Shown: positions 44,587-57,199 of the stretch, one piece after another
How the letters are laid out: each line of letters opens with the position of its first letter
Numbering within the stretch: the first letter of the stretch is position 1
Source of the DNA: Dehalococcoidia bacterium UBA6627
GTDB lineage: Bacteria; Chloroflexota; Dehalococcoidia; UBA2979
Assembly (NCBI GenBank): GCA_002455955.1
Contig: DKLZ01000086.1
Span: forward strand, 15,014-79,013
Direction: 5' to 3'
Length of the DNA: 64,000 nucleotides
Notes under the pieces: generated by a model
What the model saw: the letters and a program-made list of their open reading frames with translations, nothing else
Databases searched by the model: none
What the model was told of the DNA's origin: nothing
Position numbers and translations under genes: made by a program

Positions 44587-45507
44587 ATGGCGTTTGTAGA
44601 GCAGAGCGAGTTCGCTATGATACCCAGCGAAAAAACATTAGAAACAATCGAAGCACTCGCTCTTACACTTGCCCGCGAAGGTGGTCGTCTAGCAACCGAA
44701 GGACTCGCTCGCGAGATCACAGTCCACTACAAAACGGAGTCACAACGAGACGGAAACATGCCTCGCGACCCAGTATCGGAGATCGACCATGCTGTCGAAT
44801 CACTCATCCGGAAAAGAGTGGGGAAACATTTTCCTGACCATGAAATCATCGGGGAAGAAGTCGAAGACCGGCCGCGTGATATAGAGAAATTCGTATGGGT
44901 AATCGACCCTGTGGACGGCACCACAAACTTCGTCAACGGATATCCTCTCTTCTGCGTCTCAATCGGAGTGCTCTATGACGGCGAACCAATAGTTGCCGCA
45001 ATTTGGTGCGCCTCAACACATAAGCTGCAACCTGGTGTCTATCACACTCGGCGTGGCAATGGACTTCACTTTGAAGGAGAACCCTTTGATCCAGTCAGCG
45101 CGCAGAATGTTCGCCGCAAACTGAGCGCTGCGCCTGGAGGCAATTCAAGACGCACACATCATTGGGATAATCGCGTCACTGGATCAGCAGCAATCGAACT
45201 CACATTTGTCGCTGCTGGCATCTTCCAAAGCGCCTGGTTCGCCGGTCTCAAGATATGGGATCTCGCAGCCGGGCTATTGTTGGTCCAAGAATCTGGCAGG
45301 ACAGTTATCCACCGCCGCGAAGGCCAATTCGAACCATTCAAACGTTTTGAGCCTCCTGCGCAGGTCGAAAACAAACAAGAATCATCGCTGCGTGACTGGC
45401 ATGGGCTAATCATCGTAGGCACCAAAGAGGCAGCTACTGAACTCCAACAACAAATAGCAAATCGCCGCACATGGCTTCACCGCATGCGAAGATTTTTTCG
45501 GTTCTGA
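44587..45507 (+). CDS. Inositol monophosphatase-family phosphatase
   Basis: 306-aa ORF with the IMPase motifs GEE, WVIDPVDGTTNF and WDLAAG. Confidence 0.85.
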   Translation: MAFVEQSEFAMIPSEKTLETIEALALTLAREGGRLATEGLAREITVHYKTESQRDGNMPRDPVSEIDHAVESLIRKRVGKHFPDHEIIGEEVEDRPRDIEKFVWVIDPVDGTTNFVNGYPLFCVSIGVLYDGEPIVAAIWCASTHKLQPGVYHTRRGNGLHFEGEPFDPVSAQNVRRKLSAAPGGNSRRTHHWDNRVTGSAAIELTFVAAGIFQSAWFAGLKIWDLAAGLLLVQESGRTVIHRREGQFEPFKRFEPPAQVENKQESSLRDWHGLIIVGTKEAATELQQQIANRRTWLHRMRRFFRF

Positions 45508-45653
45508 GCAAAGTATCACTGGTGCTAATGCACTTCTTATCAATCAGAGACATGCGCATCGAGAGTGGCCCGAAGCAAGCAGTGTTCAGATAATGTTCAG
45601 TCTTCCGCACCTGCGCCACCGGTCATTAGGTCTGAAATCCAAGCATAGACTTT

Positions 45654-46412
45654 TTAGATTAGTGGCCATGGCACACAACGATATGGATACATTTCGGGTA
45701 GCACTGGATTCGATAGAAAACCATCACAGCGCTGAGCAAATGCTTCCAGTTCCATGTCCGAAAGACGCTTCAAAAATGGAACACTGGTCTGGTCGGAAGC
45801 GATAATGTCATTTCTGATGCGACGTATATCTTTACACCAACGTTCCGGGAATTCGGTTCCTGAATAATCCCAAATAACCGTCCTGAGCTTCTCCGCAGCA
45901 CTGAAGCAGAGCCCATTATCAATACCCCAGAGCTGATTGGTCGCATCAAGGAGAACATGACCTGCTTTGCGATCGGCATTATTCGCGATCAAATCGAACA
46001 CGGCGACGCGAACCAATTGCTCGTCAAAACTATCTTGCTCGCGCAAAACAAAGTAATGCTGTGCGGGATCGTGTTCGATAAAAAGTTGCAACGAACCAAC
46101 ACCGTATTCGCCTTCATACTCAACTGTTGGAGGAATCAGATCCCAACCCAGTAATCGTGATACTTCGTACGCAGCGATCTCGCGCTGGTACAGCGTCCCC
46201 AATGGGAAGTCATGCAGCGGTTGCTCGCCGCGTTCCGGCTTATACACACCAAGTCCAGAACCTAGTTCAGGATGATGGAGATCGGCCAAGTAAACGTAAT
46301 TCGAAGACTCGTAGATCAATCGCAAACGAGTTACCTCCGCCTCTTGCAATGCAACAGGAACCCGCTGATCAGATGGAAGCCATTGATTCTGTAAAGACAC
46401 AGCGTCAGTCAT
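45654..46412 (-). CDS. SCO1664-family / PI3-PI4-kinase-like fold protein
   Basis: 252-aa ORF. GVYKPERGEQPLHDFPLGTLYQREIAAYEVSRLLGWDLIPPTV, a catalytic-loop-like NNADRKAGH and a DFG-like IDNG match that family as I recall it. Confidence 0.6.
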   Translation of the reverse strand: MTDAVSLQNQWLPSDQRVPVALQEAEVTRLRLIYESSNYVYLADLHHPELGSGLGVYKPERGEQPLHDFPLGTLYQREIAAYEVSRLLGWDLIPPTVEYEGEYGVGSLQLFIEHDPAQHYFVLREQDSFDEQLVRVAVFDLIANNADRKAGHVLLDATNQLWGIDNGLCFSAAEKLRTVIWDYSGTEFPERWCKDIRRIRNDIIASDQTSVPFLKRLSDMELEAFAQRCDGFLSNPVLPEMYPYRCVPWPLI

Positions 46413-46482
46413 CGTCTAACCCTTCATCCAATTCTACGAACGAGACATGATTCATCTCTGGATCACAGCCTGTCCGTGCAAG

Positions 46483-47382
46483 CTACCGGTCGATTACCTC
46501 GCGTTCGTTATAACCGAGCGCAAGACGCATTGCCGAGCAATGCATCACCATCATTGCCAATGCTGGGATCGCTGATTCAACGATCTCTCGTGCATCATCA
46601 ATTTCCTGTCCTGTGACACCAGCCTCAAGTAATGCCTCCGGATCTGCATGTAACTCCTCCGACAAGAAACGAGCGCTCGATCGGGCGTAGTAGTAAAGTG
46701 CTCGACCGCGACGCCGGAATTCTGGATAAGAGGACAGATGTTGCAACTCCGACCATGACTTTTCTAGATATGCTGGCCAATGTGCAAGCACACCATAGAT
46801 TTGCGGTACCTCCGAGAGTTGTAATGTCTTTGCCACGTTGCTAATCAGAACTCCCTCAGAGATCATCCTCGGCACTTCAGTAACCAAATGCTGTGATTCT
46901 CGTTGACGTTGTTGCCGAGGTTCAATCCGCCCGTCACCTCCAACTACCGGTTGCTCGAACCCTTCTGCTAGTGCTGCGCCAATTAGTAATACTTGAGGTT
47001 GCAAATACTGGAAGACATCAAGAACCGCTTCGATTTTAACGAGCTCCTCATCAGCAATAGAGAGGAGCAAATCGTTACGGGTTGATATTGGTGTGTAAAC
47101 ACTTTCGACAGCATCAAGCGACATATCAGCGAGATACAGCGCACTCGCGAGGAACTCAGCGGTATCTACGGAAGTTGATATCGCTGGCCAAATATGCGTC
47201 ATATAGCTTGGCGAAACTTCGAGACGTGCAAATAATTCGGGCAAGAGTGGTGATCGGAAACACGACATGATCTCTATCGCAGTAGGCTGCTCGAGAGGGG
47301 CAGATCCAGGTAGCGATCCCAATGATGCTGACATCGTCGATCCAAGCAATTCGAGCCGTTCGCTCCTGATGCGAGACTCCAA
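46483..47382 (-). CDS. Hypothetical protein; tentative resemblance to the DehI (group I alpha-haloacid dehalogenase) fold
   Basis: 299-aa ORF. VLDVFQYLQPQVLLIGAAL and GVLAHWPAYL resemble DehI segments recalled from memory. This is not verifiable here. Coding itself is likely (long ORF, same strand as its neighbour). Confidence 0.45.
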   Translation of the reverse strand: MESRIRSERLELLGSTMSASLGSLPGSAPLEQPTAIEIMSCFRSPLLPELFARLEVSPSYMTHIWPAISTSVDTAEFLASALYLADMSLDAVESVYTPISTRNDLLLSIADEELVKIEAVLDVFQYLQPQVLLIGAALAEGFEQPVVGGDGRIEPRQQRQRESQHLVTEVPRMISEGVLISNVAKTLQLSEVPQIYGVLAHWPAYLEKSWSELQHLSSYPEFRRRGRALYYYARSSARFLSEELHADPEALLEAGVTGQEIDDAREIVESAIPALAMMVMHCSAMRLALGYNEREVIDR

Positions 47383-47575
47383 TAGATCCTCTCAATGAAT
47401 CGATACCACTGCAAAGTCCGACTCAGCTCGTATAGAGAATTTCCCCTAAGTTCAGTTTCCAGTCTTGAATAGCGCGTCACGGACCCCAGTAGCACTCCCG
47501 ACCTAAAAGAACTTCAACTTGCGCCAAGCGCAATCAGGGTAGAATGCAAAGCAGAGTCAAAGCGACGGGGATGCC

Positions 47576-48493
47576 ATGCCACACACGCTGTTGTTAGCTG
47601 AACCACGTGGGTTTTGCGCTGGCGTAGTGCGAGCAATCGATGTGCTTGACGATGTTCTGAACCGAGAAGTCCCTCCGATCTATGCCTTTCACGAAATTGT
47701 TCACAACAGCCATGTAGTAGAGGGTTTTAAAGCACGCGGTGCGGTCTTCGTCGACTCTATCGAGGAAGTACCCGAGGGTTCTAGAATTATCTTTTCTGCA
47801 CACGGTGTTGCCCCAGAAATCATTAGACAAGCGAACCAGCGCAAGCTGCGTGTTATTGATGCTACTTGCCCCTTGGTAACGAAAGTTCATCTGGAGGCAC
47901 GTAAGGCTGCTAAGGACGGTTTCGACGTACTCCTTGTCGGACACGAAGGTCATGACGAAGTACTAGGCACTAAGGGAGAGGCACCAGAGCGAACAACCGT
48001 AGTCGATGCACCATCAGATGTCTCTGAGTTAAGAGACACTGGCCGCGAGAAATTCGTAGTTACTCAAACGACTCTTTCCGTTGACGATACCGCCTCAACT
48101 ATCGACGCTATCCGCGACCGCTTTCCTGACGCAGAGGTACGAAATGACATCTGCTACGCAACAACAAATCGCCAAGCAGCAGTGCGAGAGATCGCTCAAC
48201 AAGCCGACCTGGTAATCGTTGTTGGGTCCCCAAACTCAAGCAACAGTGTTCGACTGAGGGAGGTCGCAGCAAGCATGGGGACGGTCGCCTACCGAGTCGA
48301 TGGTTTTGGTGAAATCAATCCAAACTGGTACGAAGGTGTAGAGATCGTTGGCCTCACTGCCGGTGCATCCGTACCAGATTCACTACTCGATCCAATTATC
48401 ACCGACCTACGGAAACGTGGCGTCACCAAAATTAAGCCAGTCATAGTTGCGGAAGAGACGATTGAGTTCAGGCCCCCAGATCAGTCTTCCTGA
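47576..48493 (+). CDS. ispH: 4-hydroxy-3-methylbut-2-enyl diphosphate reductase
   Basis: 305-aa ORF with LAEPRGFCAGVVRAI, SAHGV, ATCPLVTKVH and NSSNS motifs. Confidence 0.95.
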   Translation: MPHTLLLAEPRGFCAGVVRAIDVLDDVLNREVPPIYAFHEIVHNSHVVEGFKARGAVFVDSIEEVPEGSRIIFSAHGVAPEIIRQANQRKLRVIDATCPLVTKVHLEARKAAKDGFDVLLVGHEGHDEVLGTKGEAPERTTVVDAPSDVSELRDTGREKFVVTQTTLSVDDTASTIDAIRDRFPDAEVRNDICYATTNRQAAVREIAQQADLVIVVGSPNSSNSVRLREVAASMGTVAYRVDGFGEINPNWYEGVEIVGLTAGASVPDSLLDPIITDLRKRGVTKIKPVIVAEETIEFRPPDQSS

Positions 48494-48497
48494 CAAT

Positions 48498-48542
48498 CAC
48501 ATTTTCCCCACTAGCTACGGACTAACTAGTGGGGAAAATGTG
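48498..48542. terminator. 17-bp perfect inverted repeat between convergent ispH and the FGE-like gene (possible bidirectional terminator)
   Basis: CACATTTTCCCCACTAG (48498-48514) / CTAGTGGGGAAAATGTG (48526-48542) with an 11-nt loop. The T-run lies inside the 5' arm rather than after the stem. Confidence 0.5.
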
Positions 48543-48567
48543 TGACAGTCGCCATCCGTAAAAACAT

Positions 48568-49335
48568 TTAAACTGAAGCATATACTCTCATCCCATAATC
48601 GTTATATCGACGCTCAGGACCAAGTGATGAACGCGCCGCGACTCTAGAAACTTTTACGCGGTGTCGCCAAGAACCACCTCGTGAAACTCGCCGCTCACCA
48701 TCGGAAACTCCAATCGGGTTCGTGGAAGATAACCCCTCATATCCAGCTCTCGAATACCAATCACTACACCACTCGTGAACTCCATCTGCCATGTGGAATA
48801 ACCCGAATCCATTTGCAGATGAAGAACCGATCGATGGAGGTCGATCCATTCCGGCACCGCCTAGCGAATATGGGCCGTCGGTCCACGGCTCATTTCCCCA
48901 TGGATATAGAGCGTCCCTTATACCTCCTCGAGCAGCAAACTCCCGCTCTGCTTCAGTCGGGAGGCGACACATACGTCCGATCAGTTCACTCAACCATGTG
49001 CAATAAGCAATCGCGTCATTCCAGCTGACACCAACAACCGGTTGGTTTGGTGCGTTGAATCGTTTGTCATCCAAGAAAGGCAATCGCTCATAACCTGTCG
49101 CCTCTATAAACATTTCGAATTCTCGGTTTGAGAGAGGTACCAAGGCCACCGCGAAGGGGTCTACCGTCACTTCCCGAACCGGACCTTCATTATTTCGAAG
49201 GTCCGATCCCATCAAAAACGTACCACCTTCAAGTTCTACGAAGGGAGTAGCGACTGGCCCTTCAGCGATCAGACGAAGAAGGCGAGAATCGGTGATCATG
49301 AAGTGTGATCCTAACAGTCTTACTGGGATAATCAT
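48568..49335 (-). CDS. Formylglycine-generating-enzyme-family (SUMF1/EgtB/PvdO-like) protein
   Basis: 255-aa ORF with PVVGVSWNDAIAYCTWL, GLFHMADGVHEWCSDWY and RVSRGGSWR. The likely start is Met13 (49299). Confidence 0.8.
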   Translation of the reverse strand: MIIPVRLLGSHFMITDSRLLRLIAEGPVATPFVELEGGTFLMGSDLRNNEGPVREVTVDPFAVALVPLSNREFEMFIEATGYERLPFLDDKRFNAPNQPVVGVSWNDAIAYCTWLSELIGRMCRLPTEAEREFAARGGIRDALYPWGNEPWTDGPYSLGGAGMDRPPSIGSSSANGFGLFHMADGVHEWCSDWYSRAGYEGLSSTNPIGVSDGERRVSRGGSWRHRVKVSRVAARSSLGPERRYNDYGMRVYASV

Positions 49336-49448
49336 GGTTTACTCAGTTCTGGTGGTATAAAGACAGGTAAGATTGCTGCGAGTCGAAGCCCGACCTACGG
49401 TACTAGCACGTCGGCCCGACGCAGAACTGTCATACGTGGGGAGAATCC

Positions 49449-50090
49449 GTGCCACTCGAAATCCCCGAAGTCGTAATCGACCGTCTCCCTATGTATTACC
49501 GGTTGATTTCTAGGATCGCCGATCAAGGTCGAAAGGTAATCTCTTCACAGGAGCTTGGAGATGAACTGGACGTCACTCCCGCTCAGATCCGTAAGGACCT
49601 CTCTTATTTTGGTCGTTTCGGTAAACAGGGACGAGGTTATTCTGTCCAACGCCTATACGATGAACTACGCCTGATCCTAGGACTAGATCGACGCTGGACT
49701 GTTGTGGTTGTCGGAATTGGTCGTTTAGGACGCGCAGTCGCTTCTTATCCAGGATTCGAAGGGCAAGGCTTCGATATCGTTGCACGTTACGACAGCGACC
49801 CAAATGTCATCGGAACCGAAGTCGATGGTGAGCTGGTACGAGATGTTGCTCATTTAGAACAGGACCTGAAAATCTCACCGGTTGATATAGGAATCGTTAC
49901 GGTCCCTGCTCGTTACGCCCAAGAAGTTGTCGACGTCCTCACTCGAGGAGGAGTACAAGCTATCCTCAATTACACACCAACACGCGTCCAACACCCTGAA
50001 GCCATTGAGCTAAAGAACATTAATCCGGTGCTCTTCCTGCAAAGTATGACCTATCACCTAAGTCGTAGCGCGAAAGAACAAACGGAATAA
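49449..50090 (+). CDS. rex: Redox-sensing transcriptional repressor Rex
   Basis: 213-aa ORF with a GTG start. It has the winged-helix N-terminus RLPMYYRLI...ISSQELG and the Rossmann motif VVVVGIGRLGRAV. Confidence 0.9.
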   Translation: MPLEIPEVVIDRLPMYYRLISRIADQGRKVISSQELGDELDVTPAQIRKDLSYFGRFGKQGRGYSVQRLYDELRLILGLDRRWTVVVVGIGRLGRAVASYPGFEGQGFDIVARYDSDPNVIGTEVDGELVRDVAHLEQDLKISPVDIGIVTVPARYAQEVVDVLTRGGVQAILNYTPTRVQHPEAIELKNINPVLFLQSMTYHLSRSAKEQTE

Positions 50091-50169
50091 ACATCACTTA
50101 AACAGGTCGTCATTTTCGTGCGCTTCGAACCTTCTCAGTGCATCTCCGATCAGAAGAGAAAACTCAGCA

Positions 50170-51207
50170 TTAACCACCCTCGCCAATCAGTGATTCTTCC
50201 TCTGTCGGTAATGCCCTTTCGATCACCTCAATATAATCAAGCGCGCCTGCAGCACCCTCCACGATGCAAGTAAGTGGCTCATCAGCGATATGAACAGGTA
50301 CTCCAGTCTCATGACGAATCAGCTGGTCAATTCGACGGAGCATCGCACCGCCTCCTGTTAACATGATTCCGCGATCTATTACATCGGCAGCTAACTCCGG
50401 AGGTGTCTGTTCCAAGACACGCCGTACTGTCTGAACAATCACCGCTAGTTGATCTTGAATCGCGTGAGTAACTTCACTCGAATTCACCGTGATTGTGCGC
50501 GGTAAACCAGTAATTTGATCTCGGCCACGAACCTGAGCCATCGGATCAACACGCTCATCAGGTAGCGCAGCGCCTATTGCCATTTTCAACTCTTCGGCTG
50601 TGCGCTCGCCAATTAGTAGGTTGTGGCGACGTTTAATATGCTGGGCGATTTCGTCGTCAAAGCGATCACCCGCCACTCTAACCGACTCGCTCGCAACGAT
50701 TCCGAACATTGAAATGACGGCGGCTTCAATTCGACCACCACCAATATCAACTATCATATGGCCGCGAGCAGAACCAACAGGAATTTGAGCACCGATTGCC
50801 GCTGCCAGCGGTTCTGGTATCAAGTGTGCCGGACGTCGCGCCCCAGCTGCCTCGGCTGCGTCGCTTACTGCCCGTCGCTCTACACCTGTTACACCTACAG
50901 GAACACATATCATTACTTCAGGTCGAATTGGATTAAAACGACCCACAACGCGAGTAATAAAGTAACGAAGCATTGCCTCAGTTATTAAGTAATCTGCGAT
51001 CACACCGTCACGCATCGGCCGAATCACCTGAATAGTACCCGGGTGACGTCCAATCATTGCACGAGCCTGATTACCTACAGCAACTACTGTATTGTCACGT
51101 TCGGTGAGCGCCACAACGGCTGGCTCATCTAAAACCACGCCGCGACCTCGCTCGTAAACGAGCACGTTTGCCGTTCCTAAGTCAATTCCGATTCGCTTCG
51201 CGAACAT
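50170..51207 (-). CDS. mreB: Rod-shape-determining protein MreB
   Basis: 345-aa ORF with [13 protein letters not shown] and actin-fold motifs throughout. Confidence 0.95.
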   Translation of the reverse strand: MFAKRIGIDLGTANVLVYERGRGVVLDEPAVVALTERDNTVVAVGNQARAMIGRHPGTIQVIRPMRDGVIADYLITEAMLRYFITRVVGRFNPIRPEVMICVPVGVTGVERRAVSDAAEAAGARRPAHLIPEPLAAAIGAQIPVGSARGHMIVDIGGGRIEAAVISMFGIVASESVRVAGDRFDDEIAQHIKRRHNLLIGERTAEELKMAIGAALPDERVDPMAQVRGRDQITGLPRTITVNSSEVTHAIQDQLAVIVQTVRRVLEQTPPELAADVIDRGIMLTGGGAMLRRIDQLIRHETGVPVHIADEPLTCIVEGAAGALDYIEVIERALPTEEESLIGEGG

Positions 51208-51425
51208 CGTCCATTAGTGGCACCGTGCGCCACCATCCTAATTATCGCTGATTCAGCAGAGCTGGGGTCAGGCTAGAATAGCGCCTCAAGAGAAGGACTG
51301 CATCGACGTCGCACAAAAAAATGACCCAGCTTCCAGCTGTATTCGTACCCGTACGATCTTGCTCAATAAGAAAATCGCTTGAAGATGCCGATTACGCTTA
51401 TCAATTCCAATCTAAAAAACATTTC

Positions 51426-52679
51426 TTATATGCGAGCTACCTCGGCACCCAATGCAGTCAGTTGTTCGGTCAAATGAGCGTAACCACGATCTAAGTGTTC
51501 AACACCTGCAACGCTCGTCTCACCACTGGCTGCTAACCCGCCGATCACAACTGCTGCACCAGCGCGAATATCGAGCGCACGCACCACAGCACCACTCAGG
51601 TTTCCGCCTCCTTCAATGATAACGCTCTGACCTCCGACGATAATTCGTGCTCCTAGCGTGCGTAGTTCCCCGACATACAAGGTTCTGTTATCGAACACAC
51701 GCTCGTGGATAGTGGATACTCCCTGCACTTGCGTCAGTGTAGCGGCCATTGGCGCATGCAGATCAGTCGGAAATCCCGGATAAGGCACTGCTTGTACCTG
51801 GATAGCGCGTAGCGGATGAGGACACGAAACTTGCACGCCAAACTCATCGCCAACTTCGACCTTGGCATCGAGTTCCTGAAACTTTGAAAGAAGTGAGTCG
51901 AGTGATCTTGGGTCTGCGTTAGTAATCCGTACGTCACCACCGGTTGCAATTCCACCTAGCAAATAAGTCCCCGCCTCGATCCGATCAGGAATCACCTCGT
52001 ACTCTGTTCCATGCAGTTGGTCCACACCCTCGATCATCATAATTCCAGTGCCATGTCCACTAATTCTCGCGCCCATCGAGTTCAGCATATTAGCTGCCAT
52101 CGATACCTCAGGTTCCGTTGCCGCATTCACGATCGTCGTCGTACCTTCAGCCAACGTAGCCGCGAACATTACATTTACCGTTCCTAGGACAGAAGGGTAA
52201 TCAAGAAATATCCGCGTGCCTCTGAGCTTCGAAGCCCGTGCAAGCCATTCAGCACCGGAGCGCTCTACTGTCGCACCCAATGCTCGGAAGCCTGCCAAGT
52301 GCACATCGACAGGACGAACACCTATCACATCACCTCCCGGTGATGCGCAACCCGCCTCACCGACTCGAGCAAGCACAGGTCCCATCACAAGAAATGACGC
52401 TCGTAGTGCCATAACTCGTGCAATCGGTGGAGACGTCGAAGTGAAATCGCGTGCCTGCACATGAACCGTCGTGCCACTGATCTCAACTGCCGCACCAAGC
52501 GACCGACATACATCAGCCATCTCATTGATATCAGCGATATCAGGCACATTATGAATGGTGACAGGATCCGCACTCAATAACGCCGCGGCTAGAGTGTAGA
52601 GAGCTGCGTTCTTAGATCCCGAAACAGCGATCTCACCCTGGAGCGGCTTCCCACCATGAATTACAAATCTACCATCCAT
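51426..52679 (-). CDS. murA: UDP-N-acetylglucosamine 1-carboxyvinyltransferase
   Basis: The ORF track extends to 52736. Met20 (52679) gives the usual MDGRFVIHGGKPLQGEI N-terminus. The active-site loop reads SPGGDVIGVRPVD. Confidence 0.95.
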   Translation of the reverse strand: MDGRFVIHGGKPLQGEIAVSGSKNAALYTLAAALLSADPVTIHNVPDIADINEMADVCRSLGAAVEISGTTVHVQARDFTSTSPPIARVMALRASFLVMGPVLARVGEAGCASPGGDVIGVRPVDVHLAGFRALGATVERSGAEWLARASKLRGTRIFLDYPSVLGTVNVMFAATLAEGTTTIVNAATEPEVSMAANMLNSMGARISGHGTGIMMIEGVDQLHGTEYEVIPDRIEAGTYLLGGIATGGDVRITNADPRSLDSLLSKFQELDAKVEVGDEFGVQVSCPHPLRAIQVQAVPYPGFPTDLHAPMAATLTQVQGVSTIHERVFDNRTLYVGELRTLGARIIVGGQSVIIEGGGNLSGAVVRALDIRAGAAVVIGGLAASGETSVAGVEHLDRGYAHLTEQLTALGAEVARI

Positions 52680-52803
52680 AGTTCTGAGATTACGACGCCC
52701 TATCGAGATGCGCGATCGCGCTGATACACAAAACACCTTGAAATCAGAAATTTAGTCACGTTGAGTATGTGAACTAACGAGGGATCGGAAACATTTCTAT
52801 CAG

Positions 52804-53220
52804 CTAATTCCGCTGTCGAACACGATCTCGCAGCAATGCACGTTGGATCGAAAGTTGCGCTCGCACGAGATCGAAATCAGCTTCGCCTATATCTTCCAAA
52901 CGACCAGCGATCCGTTCCTCTGCCCGTCTACGTGCAGCATCGGCACGTTCCTCATCAATATCCTCCACACGCTCAGCAGCATCCGCAAGAACATTCACTT
53001 CGTCGTTCACGATCTGCAAAAAGCCACCGTGAACGGCGACCGGTTCTGCAACATTGGCCGCGTGAACAAGCATTTCACCAATGGCGAGACTTACTACAAG
53101 CGGTGCGTGACCTGGTAGGAGTGTTAATTGACCATCTGCCCCAGGCACAACCAACCGAGTGACATCGTCACGCTCTAAAACCGTTCGATCGGCGGTGACA
53201 ATAGAAATCGTGAGCGACAC
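52804..53220 (-). CDS. atpC: F1 ATP synthase epsilon subunit
   Basis: 138-aa ORF. LTISIVTADRTVLERDDVTRLVVPGADGQLTLLPGHAPL is the typical epsilon N-terminal pattern. It is the last gene of the atp operon. Confidence 0.9.
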   Translation of the reverse strand: MSLTISIVTADRTVLERDDVTRLVVPGADGQLTLLPGHAPLVVSLAIGEMLVHAANVAEPVAVHGGFLQIVNDEVNVLADAAERVEDIDEERADAARRRAEERIAGRLEDIGEADFDLVRAQLSIQRALLRDRVRQRN

Positions 53221-53265
53221 TATCCTATTCCAGTCTCATCGATTTAACGATGCTGCTTCTGTAGA

Positions 53266-55586
<2,321 letters not shown>

Positions 55587-55625
55587 GGTCGTTCCGTTCC
55601 CTTCTTGTTATTCCTCTTGCTCCGC

Positions 55626-57155
55626 CTAGTAAGCGACGCTACCGAGAAATTCCGTGATCGCGGCCTTAAGCGACTCTTCCGTGGATTCGTCAAGATCGCC
55701 AGTAGTCATGATTGCGTCGAGAACGCCAGCGTGATTGGCTGCCATAAACTCGTGGTATGCCTTTTCGAGATCACCGAGTTTGTCGACAGGGACCTGGTCT
55801 AGGTGCCCATTAACTCCCATATAAAGCAAGGTTACCTGCTGTGCCAACGTCAGCGGCTGATACTGAGGCTGTTTCAACAGCTCTGTCAAACGCTCACCGC
55901 GCGTCAGCTGGAGGCGAGTAGCAGCATCGAGGTCATCGGTCCCAAATTGGGCGAAGGCTTGAAGTTCTCGGTATTGAGAAAGATCCAGACGGAGCGTACC
56001 AGCCACTTTTTTCATCGCTTTAGTCTGGGCGTCACCACCCACTCGCGAAACAGATATTCCTGGATTGGTCGCCGGGCGCTGTCCTGCGTTGAAAAGGTCC
56101 AATTCAAGAAATATCTGGCCATCGGTAATTGAGATGACGTTGGTGGGGATATATGCGGATACGTCACCTGCTTGAGTCTCGATCACTGGTAGAGCAGTGA
56201 CCGAACCACCACCATTTGCCTCGTCTACTCGCGCGGCTCGCTCAAGCAAGCGCGAGTGAAGATAGAACACATCGCCAGGATAAGCTTCACGGCCAGGAGG
56301 ACGCTTCAACAACAGTGATACTTCACGGTAAGCCCATGCATGTTTCGAGAGATCATCGTAGATCACAAGGACGTCTCGCCCCTGAGTCATAAAGTATTCA
56401 GCTATCGCTGCTCCAGCATAAGGAGCGAGATACTGAAGTGCCGCCGATTCTGCGGCTGATGCAGAAACGACAATCGTATGATCCATTGCGCCATATTCCT
56501 CAAAAATCGCAACTGTCTGAGCAACTTTCGAGTCTTTCTGACCAATAGCCACATAGACACAGGTCACATCACCGCCTTTTTGGTTAATCACTGCATCGAT
56601 ACCGATGGCGCTTTTACCAATAGAGCGGTCTCCAATGATCAATTCTCGCTGTCCCCGACCTAGAGGGATCATCGCATCAATCGCCTTGATTCCTGTCTGC
56701 AGTGGTTCGTCAACGTGAACACGACTCACAACATCCGGTGCGATTCTTTCCACAGGAAAACTCTCTGTGGTAGTGATCGGTCCACGCTCATCCATCGGGT
56801 CACCCAGTGGATTCACAACACGTCCGACAAGTGCGTCACCGACCGGAATTGAAGCAACGAGCCCAGTGGTTCGAACTTCGTCACCTTCTTTTACTGCAGA
56901 ATAGTCACCGAGGATGATCGCTCCTACAGTCTCTTCTTCAAGGTTGAGTGCAAGACCTCGGATCGGTCTGCCTTCACTGTCACTCGAACTGAACTCGAGC
57001 AATTCTGATGACATACATTCCCCGAGACCGTGAATCTCAGCGATCCCATCACCGGCAACGATGACGGTACCAACACTTGCCTCGACTGCTTCCGCATCAA
57101 AGCCTTCGATCTGCTGTTTCAAAATCGAGGCTATCTCTTCAGCTCGAATGACCAT
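55626..57155 (-). CDS. atpA: F1 ATP synthase alpha subunit
   Basis: 509-aa ORF with the Walker A motif [14 protein letters not shown] and conserved alpha motifs. Confidence 0.95.
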   Translation of the reverse strand: MVIRAEEIASILKQQIEGFDAEAVEASVGTVIVAGDGIAEIHGLGECMSSELLEFSSSDSEGRPIRGLALNLEEETVGAIILGDYSAVKEGDEVRTTGLVASIPVGDALVGRVVNPLGDPMDERGPITTTESFPVERIAPDVVSRVHVDEPLQTGIKAIDAMIPLGRGQRELIIGDRSIGKSAIGIDAVINQKGGDVTCVYVAIGQKDSKVAQTVAIFEEYGAMDHTIVVSASAAESAALQYLAPYAGAAIAEYFMTQGRDVLVIYDDLSKHAWAYREVSLLLKRPPGREAYPGDVFYLHSRLLERAARVDEANGGGSVTALPVIETQAGDVSAYIPTNVISITDGQIFLELDLFNAGQRPATNPGISVSRVGGDAQTKAMKKVAGTLRLDLSQYRELQAFAQFGTDDLDAATRLQLTRGERLTELLKQPQYQPLTLAQQVTLLYMGVNGHLDQVPVDKLGDLEKAYHEFMAANHAGVLDAIMTTGDLDESTEESLKAAITEFLGSVAY

Positions 57156-57199
57156 CGAAGTCCCCCTGGGACGCTTCCCTTATTCCTGCAAGCTCCCGC

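Noticed and set aside
47519-47533. Palindrome TTGCGC-CAA-GCGCAA next to a TAGAAT -10-like hexamer upstream of ispH
   Set aside because: The arms are only 6 bp, and the -35/-10 spacing does not fit well (15 nt). Chance occurrence is likely.
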